Below are positions 55,874 through 61,043 of a DNA stretch of 61,043 bases, in pieces (the stretch's first letter is position 1; the number at the start of each line of letters is the position of its first letter). Under the pieces are notes generated by a model. That model was not told the DNA's origin and ran no database searches. It saw only the letters and a program-made list of their open reading frames with translations. The DNA comes from a virus. Taxonomy: Duplodnaviria > Caudoviricetes. Location of the stretch: positions 1 to 61,043 of the IMG/VR virus record IMGVR_UViG_3300025687_007811; one strand, given 5' to 3'. The translations under genes and the position numbers were made by a program.

Positions 55874-56207
55874 AAGAAAAAGATTAAACAAAATTGAAAC
55901 CTGTTATATTGATAACAATTTCGAGACAATGACCTGCTCGGAACTTGCAAGGGATTTAAAACTTCCGGTCGCTCTTGTCAGGTCTAGATATAATAAGATG
56001 GTTGAACAGAAAAAAAAGAGAGAGGAAGATATTAAAAAGGCAAAACCAATAACTTCCGGCGACCTCTTAGCAAGAAAAGATAAAAGGGGCACCGTTACAA
56101 TGACTCCTGAATCCGCAATGTTATCAGATGAAACCAGAAAGACGCACAATGCCAAGAAAAAAACAAGACTCGACCGACACATCCACAAAATCAACCCCGA
56201 CAAGTAA
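55854..56207 (+). CDS. Hypothetical HTH-like protein
   Basis: TCSELARDLKLPVALV. Confidence 0.6.
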   Translation: MSNPKSERKRLNKIETCYIDNNFETMTCSELARDLKLPVALVRSRYNKMVEQKKKREEDIKKAKPITSGDLLARKDKRGTVTMTPESAMLSDETRKTHNAKKKTRLDRHIHKINPDK

Positions 56208-56598
56208 AAGGCAGTACAAGTCAATTTTCAAAGAGGGGTACGTAACAGCCGGTAATTATATTACGGAAGTTATCTTCGAGAAGAGGCACAATCACTTTAA
56301 CTGCGGCAGGTTTCCCGAAAAATTCTGGACCGATAAAAAACACCAAGGTCCATATAAAGGTCAGGTTATACAGGCAAATAGACTTCTAAAGAAGTATCAT
56401 CCTGATAGTATCATTAAGGCCATCAAGTCTCCAGAAGCTAAATTTATTTTTAAACTTCAAGATAAAAAATTGATTCCGATTATTGAGAAAATCGAGTCAA
56501 GGCGGGTTGAGACCGAGATAGAATATAGCAAGCCTCAAGAAAGCGGAACGCCAATGCCGTCATTCAGCAAACACAAAAACATATTGAGGGATTTATGA
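56128..56598 (+). CDS. Hypothetical protein
   Basis: Upstream of recA, coupled. Confidence 0.65.
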   Translation: MKPERRTMPRKKQDSTDTSTKSTPTSKRQYKSIFKEGYVTAGNYITEVIFEKRHNHFNCGRFPEKFWTDKKHQGPYKGQVIQANRLLKKYHPDSIIKAIKSPEAKFIFKLQDKKLIPIIEKIESRRVETEIEYSKPQESGTPMPSFSKHKNILRDL

Positions 56599-57614
56599 GT
56601 AAAGATAAAAAGAGAAATCTAAGTAGCGAAAAAGATATAATAAAAGCTTTTGGTAAAATCATTTCAACCGGAAATGAACTCGTTAAAACAAAAGGTGATT
56701 TACAGTGCGTACCCTTTAGCCCATCTCTTGACTTGGCTTTGAATGGAGGTCTTTTAGAGGGAACTTGGACGATAATTAGCGGCAATCCTAAAACCGGAAA
56801 AACGACAAGCTGTTTACAGGTATGTAAAAACGCACAGGATTGTGGTAGGCCGGTAATATACGTTGATGGCGAGAGTCGTTTAAAAAAGTATAACCTAGAG
56901 GGAACGCAGGGTTTAGATCTTGATAAAATTCAGATCATCCATTCGCCAGAAGACGGTGAACAGTTATCAGCAGAAGACTTCCTAGATGTATGTGAGTCCA
57001 TGATACTAAAACCCGAAAACAAAGGTGCTATTTGCATTATAGATTCGTGTTCAAGTCTAGTCCCAAGGGCGGAATTAGAATCACCCGCTTCAGCCTCACT
57101 AAGAGCATCATTGCCGAAGCTATTATCACACTGGGTTAAGAAAAACGCACAGAACGTTGTGAAAAACAAGATTGTAGTAATTATTATAACTCACTACATC
57201 ACAAACACAAGCGGTTATGGAAAAGTTAAAATTCCAGACTGTGGCGTGATGGTTCAATATCAGGCTGATACAAGACTAGATATTGCCAGAATAGAAGATT
57301 GGCGAGAAGGTGGAGATAGTGGTAAAAAAATCGGTCAACTCGTACACTGGAAGGTTGATTGCTCCGCTATGGGTGCTTCTGGAAATGAGTGCGTTAGCTA
57401 TATCAGGTACGGCAAGGGTATAGATAAGGTACAAGAAATCATTGAATTAGCGGTTTCTTTTGGAATTATCGAAAAGGGCGGCTCATGGTACACTCTTTCT
57501 TTTCTTGAAGAACCCGTGAAAGTTCAGGGCATGAGCAATGTATACGACTTCTTATCAGAAAATCCAGAACAGATAAAAGTAGTTACTGAAAAAGTAATGG
57601 AAATGCTTTTATGA
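56595..57614 (+). CDS. recA: RecA/UvsX-like recombinase
   Basis: SLDLAL.GG, GNPKTGKTT, IIDS, GSWY. Confidence 0.9.
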   Translation: MSKDKKRNLSSEKDIIKAFGKIISTGNELVKTKGDLQCVPFSPSLDLALNGGLLEGTWTIISGNPKTGKTTSCLQVCKNAQDCGRPVIYVDGESRLKKYNLEGTQGLDLDKIQIIHSPEDGEQLSAEDFLDVCESMILKPENKGAICIIDSCSSLVPRAELESPASASLRASLPKLLSHWVKKNAQNVVKNKIVVIIITHYITNTSGYGKVKIPDCGVMVQYQADTRLDIARIEDWREGGDSGKKIGQLVHWKVDCSAMGASGNECVSYIRYGKGIDKVQEIIELAVSFGIIEKGGSWYTLSFLEEPVKVQGMSNVYDFLSENPEQIKVVTEKVMEMLL

Positions 57615-58042
57615 CCGTTATTGGATTTGACGGCAAAGAACATAAATTCAATTACTCAAAGTATAACTACAGAAAAAATAGGGGGAATAAATCCTCTCAC
57701 CACAAAAGAGCGTACTCTGTTATAAAAGAGTTGTTCCCAAACCTATCCGTCTATGAGGAAGTAACCCTGCCCGGCTCCAAAAGGATTGGCAGAAAAACAT
57801 TGCTGTATGCCGACTTCTTCATTCCAGACCTAATGCTTGTTATTGAGGTTCATGGAAAGCAGCATTACAAATACATCCCATTCTTTCACGACACTAAGAT
57901 GAATTTCATCAAAGCAAAACAAAGGGACTCCGACAAAAAAGAATGGTGTGAAATGAACGATATTGATTTATTAGCACTACCACACTATGAGAAAGATGAA
58001 GAATGGAAACTGAAGATAATGAAGATAAGATCAAGGGATTAA
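57611..58042 (+). CDS. Vsr/DUF559-like endonuclease
   Basis: ADFFIP...IEVHGKQHY, RD..K..WC. Confidence 0.78.
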   Translation: MTVIGFDGKEHKFNYSKYNYRKNRGNKSSHHKRAYSVIKELFPNLSVYEEVTLPGSKRIGRKTLLYADFFIPDLMLVIEVHGKQHYKYIPFFHDTKMNFIKAKQRDSDKKEWCEMNDIDLLALPHYEKDEEWKLKIMKIRSRD

Positions 58043-58488
58043 TAGAGTTCACTGAATGGGTTGATGCTTTCTGTGAAATGAATCATCTGCCAAATATTAA
58101 CTACCAAGAAGAATATAAAGATGCCCTAAACTTAGGAGCGGAAGATATTACGATGATGTCTTCTGATGAATGTCTTCAAACTTCTATAGTTCTGATGAAC
58201 TACGCCAGCTTTATACAAAAGCAAAAATCCCTTATTCAAGGAAAGCTTTTATGGTGCAATTCAGCAATTGATTATATCTGTAGTAGACAATGGACGAGCT
58301 ACGATAAATATATGCCAGCAGACATCAAAAAGAAAGCAATAATCTCTGAAAATAAATACGCTGAAGCTATTGAGAAGTGTCGTATCCGTTTAATGACCGC
58401 AAACAATACGCTTGAGGAAAACTATGTAGACTTAAAAAAAAGAGCATCTATTTTTGAATCGTTAGGAAGAAAGAGGAGTTTTGAATGA
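58003..58488 (+). CDS. Hypothetical helical protein (possibly a UvsY-like mediator)
   Basis: Coiled coil; position in recombination cluster. Confidence 0.55.
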   Translation: METEDNEDKIKGLIEFTEWVDAFCEMNHLPNINYQEEYKDALNLGAEDITMMSSDECLQTSIVLMNYASFIQKQKSLIQGKLLWCNSAIDYICSRQWTSYDKYMPADIKKKAIISENKYAEAIEKCRIRLMTANNTLEENYVDLKKRASIFESLGRKRSFE

Positions 58489-59000
58489 GCGTAATATCTG
58501 AAACAATGACAATTGTCGGCAAGTTAAATCAACTTATTGACGAATTAGCCGCCGGAATAGAAGAGTCCGACTGGGAAAGAATACGTTATGTATACGAGGA
58601 AGTAACTGGAGAGGAAGCTCCAGAAGTAGAGAAGCAGCCGGTTTCTGAAATTGATAGTAGCGTAGTACAGGCACTTATCAAAAGAATAGAAAACCTTGAA
58701 AAACCAAAAAAGCCCACACGTAAACGAAAAACCACGGTAAAGAAAAAAGAGGAACCCAAAACCAACAGTAACAACAAGTTTGAAGAAATGCAGTTGAGTT
58801 TAGAGAGTGAGCTAACACCGGCTGAAAGAAAGCAACTGGAATCAATTAATGACGAGGTTCCGCCAACACCAAGAACAAGACCTGCTTTTAAAAAAGTTTC
58901 CGTAGAATGTCGTCTTTGTAATAAGACATACGAAGTGCATCCGTCACTAAAAAGAGAATCATATGTTTGTGATAAATGCGTATCAAGGAGAGCGAGATAA
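58485..59000 (+). CDS. Hypothetical protein with C-terminal Zn ribbon
   Basis: CRLC...CDKC. Confidence 0.7.
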   Translation: MSVISETMTIVGKLNQLIDELAAGIEESDWERIRYVYEEVTGEEAPEVEKQPVSEIDSSVVQALIKRIENLEKPKKPTRKRKTTVKKKEEPKTNSNNKFEEMQLSLESELTPAERKQLESINDEVPPTPRTRPAFKKVSVECRLCNKTYEVHPSLKRESYVCDKCVSRRAR

Positions 59001-60503
59001 ATGAGTGAAGAAAAACTGAAGAACATAGCGTCTGAAAGGGCCGTATTAGCCGGTATTTGCCAGCATGGTAAAGACGCCTATGTTGATGTTCAGTCCTTAA
59101 TCAGTGACCACACATTTACAGTTGACTATAATAAAATTCTATGGAAGTGCCTCTCTAGAGCTATTGAAAATGATAACCATATAGATTTTCCAGCGGTTTT
59201 ATCTGCTGCTAAATCACTTGGTTTAGATGAATATATCGAGAAAAAGGAAGTTCTAAATCATATCAATGGCGTGATGAATACGCCGGTCCACTTAGAGAAT
59301 GTATATACACATGCTAAGAAAATTAAGAGACTGGAATTTGCTAGAGAAGTTCAGAATTCATTGCGAGATATTTATCGTAGTATCAACGATATATCTGGCG
59401 ACGAAAGCTTAAATTCGATCTTGTCTCTAGCGGAAGAACCGATTCAGAGGATATGCCTTAAATATATCAAAGAGGACGAATCCAATCCAAAACTTATCAG
59501 CGAAAACATTGATGACTACATAGAGCACGTCAAAAACAATAAATGTGAACAGGTAGGTATTTCGACCGGAAACCCAGCTTTTGATAAGGCAATTGGTGGT
59601 GGCTTAAGAAGAAAGTGTGTTGATGTTATTGGGGCACGCCCTAAAACCGGCAAGAGTGTATTTGCCGATAATACAGCACTTCACGTTGCATCAAATGGTA
59701 TTCCGGTATTAATGCTTGATACCGAAATGAGCCAGCAGGATCACTGGAATAGACTTCTAGCCAATATTAGTGAAATTGAAATCAATGATATCTCCACTGG
59801 TAAATTCTCAGACGATCCAGAGAATATTGTCAAAATAAACAAAGCACTTGACAAGATAAAGCAAATCCCATATTACTATATCAGTATTGCCGGTAAGCCA
59901 TTTGAGGAAACACTATCAATAGCCAGAAGATGGCTTATTAAGAATGTTGGATATGACGAAAATGGAAAGCTTAATGACTGCGTGATAATCTACGACTACC
60001 TCAAACTAATGACATCAACGAGTATTAGCAACAACTTAGCAGAGTTTCAGGTTCTTGGCTTTCAAATAACTTCTCTTCACAATTTCTGTGTTGAGCATGA
60101 TTGTGCGTGCCTTTCCTTCGTCCAGTTAAATAGAGACGGCATAACAAAAGAATCAACCGATGCTGTTTCTGGTTCTGACAGAATTATTTGGTTATGCACA
60201 AGCTTTTCCATCTTTAAAGCTAAAACCACCGAAGAAATGGCTATGGACGGAATAACAAATGGAAATAGAAAGCTGATTCCAATTGTATCAAGGCATGGAC
60301 CCGGTATTGATGATGAAGGATATATCTGCCTCAATATGATTGGAGAGCATTCAAAACTGATTGAAATAGGAACGATAAGAGAGATAAAAAGAAATGAGAA
60401 AAACGATGAAGCCGGAATCCCAGACAGAGAAGATATCGATCCTGAAGATGAAATTGATGACGACGATTTCAGAACTCTTGACAACCTTCGGAGTGACGAA
60501 TAG
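59001..60503 (+). CDS. dnaB: DnaB-like replicative helicase
   Basis: ERAVLA, GARPKTGKS, EMS, DYLKL, QLNR. Confidence 0.93.
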   Translation: MSEEKLKNIASERAVLAGICQHGKDAYVDVQSLISDHTFTVDYNKILWKCLSRAIENDNHIDFPAVLSAAKSLGLDEYIEKKEVLNHINGVMNTPVHLENVYTHAKKIKRLEFAREVQNSLRDIYRSINDISGDESLNSILSLAEEPIQRICLKYIKEDESNPKLISENIDDYIEHVKNNKCEQVGISTGNPAFDKAIGGGLRRKCVDVIGARPKTGKSVFADNTALHVASNGIPVLMLDTEMSQQDHWNRLLANISEIEINDISTGKFSDDPENIVKINKALDKIKQIPYYYISIAGKPFEETLSIARRWLIKNVGYDENGKLNDCVIIYDYLKLMTSTSISNNLAEFQVLGFQITSLHNFCVEHDCACLSFVQLNRDGITKESTDAVSGSDRIIWLCTSFSIFKAKTTEEMAMDGITNGNRKLIPIVSRHGPGIDDEGYICLNMIGEHSKLIEIGTIREIKRNEKNDEAGIPDREDIDPEDEIDDDDFRTLDNLRSDE

Positions 60504-61043
60504 TTATCAGTGCGGCAGTCTATTGGTCTCAAATTGCCCAATCCATGATGGCGACAACATTTCCGCCTTTAATATAAATATAGATCCAGACAGCAATCAC
60601 TACGGATCTTGGTTTTGTAACACCAAGGGGTGCCACCACAAGTACGGTCAGGACGTTATTGCTCTTACTCATTGTTTTCTTGACAAGAAATATGACAAGA
60701 CTCACTCATTTGTTGAAGTTATCAAATTCTGCGAAGAGTTTACCAAAGGGGTCATTTCTATTAATGGGGACATTCCGGTTCGCCAAACAACTTTAGACGA
60801 CATTCTTTTAAAAAATAAAAAAGTCGATAACCCAAACAAAGGCTACACTAGAGACGTTGTTAGAAGTAGACTTGTATTTCCGGCTACCTATTATTTGAAT
60901 CGAGGGTTTTCTGAAACGGTTCTAAACGAGTTAGACATTGGACTGTGCAATGATCCAAAGTCAGAAATGTATAACCGAATTGTCTTTCCCGTGTATGATG
61001 AAACTGACACATACATGGTTGGATGCGTTGGTAGATCAATAAA
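60394..61043 (+). CDS. dnaG: DnaG-type primase, truncated at window end (not in the ORF track)
   Basis: Manual translation: CPIHDGDN..WFCNTKGC Zn finger, YYLNRGF, NRIVFPVYD..VGCVGRSI. Confidence 0.85.
   Translation, partial: MRKTMKPESQTEKISILKMKLMTTISELLTTFGVTNSYQCGSLLVSNCPIHDGDNISAFNINIDPDSNHYGSWFCNTKGCHHKYGQDVIALTHCFLDKKYDKTHSFVEVIKFCEEFTKGVISINGDIPVRQTTLDDILLKNKKVDNPNKGYTRDVVRSRLVFPATYYLNRGFSETVLNELDIGLCNDPKSEMYNRIVFPVYDETDTYMVGCVGRSI

Noticed and set aside
58586-60541. Long antisense ORFs 58586-59026 and 60077-60541 (also 24458-24976 and 50778-51200 in alternate frames)
   Set aside because: They overlap well-supported genes and show low-complexity shadow composition.

Overview
Fragment of a large (jumbo-type) dsDNA bacteriophage genome, AT-rich and in standard genetic code. 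The host is probably a Planctomycete/PVC bacterium, inferred from a Tat-signal DUF1501 gene. Left part (1-27.7 kb): an RNA-repair module (NADAR, intein-split calcineurin-like phosphoesterase, P-loop kinase, Rnl1-type ligase; later an RlaP-type nucleotidyltransferase and an SPFH/Band-7 gene) around a dispersed array of about 30 CCA-less tRNAs covering all 20 amino acids. The array also holds a circularly permuted tmRNA, several tRNA-like RNAs with aberrant anticodon arms, other structured ncRNA candidates and free-standing homing endonucleases. The most striking element is a ~360-nt RNA (27326-27682) immediately after an uncharacterised 243-aa gene: two long base-paired arms, each capped by a circularly permuted tRNA. 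Middle (30.8-41.6 kb, minus strand): a 12-gene glycan biosynthesis/modification island. Right part: SSB, putative virion proteins, class II RNR, dUTPase, PhoH with a class 3 intein, RecA, DnaB and a truncated DnaG. All RNA structures were folded by eye and protein calls rest on motif recognition; no database searches were run.
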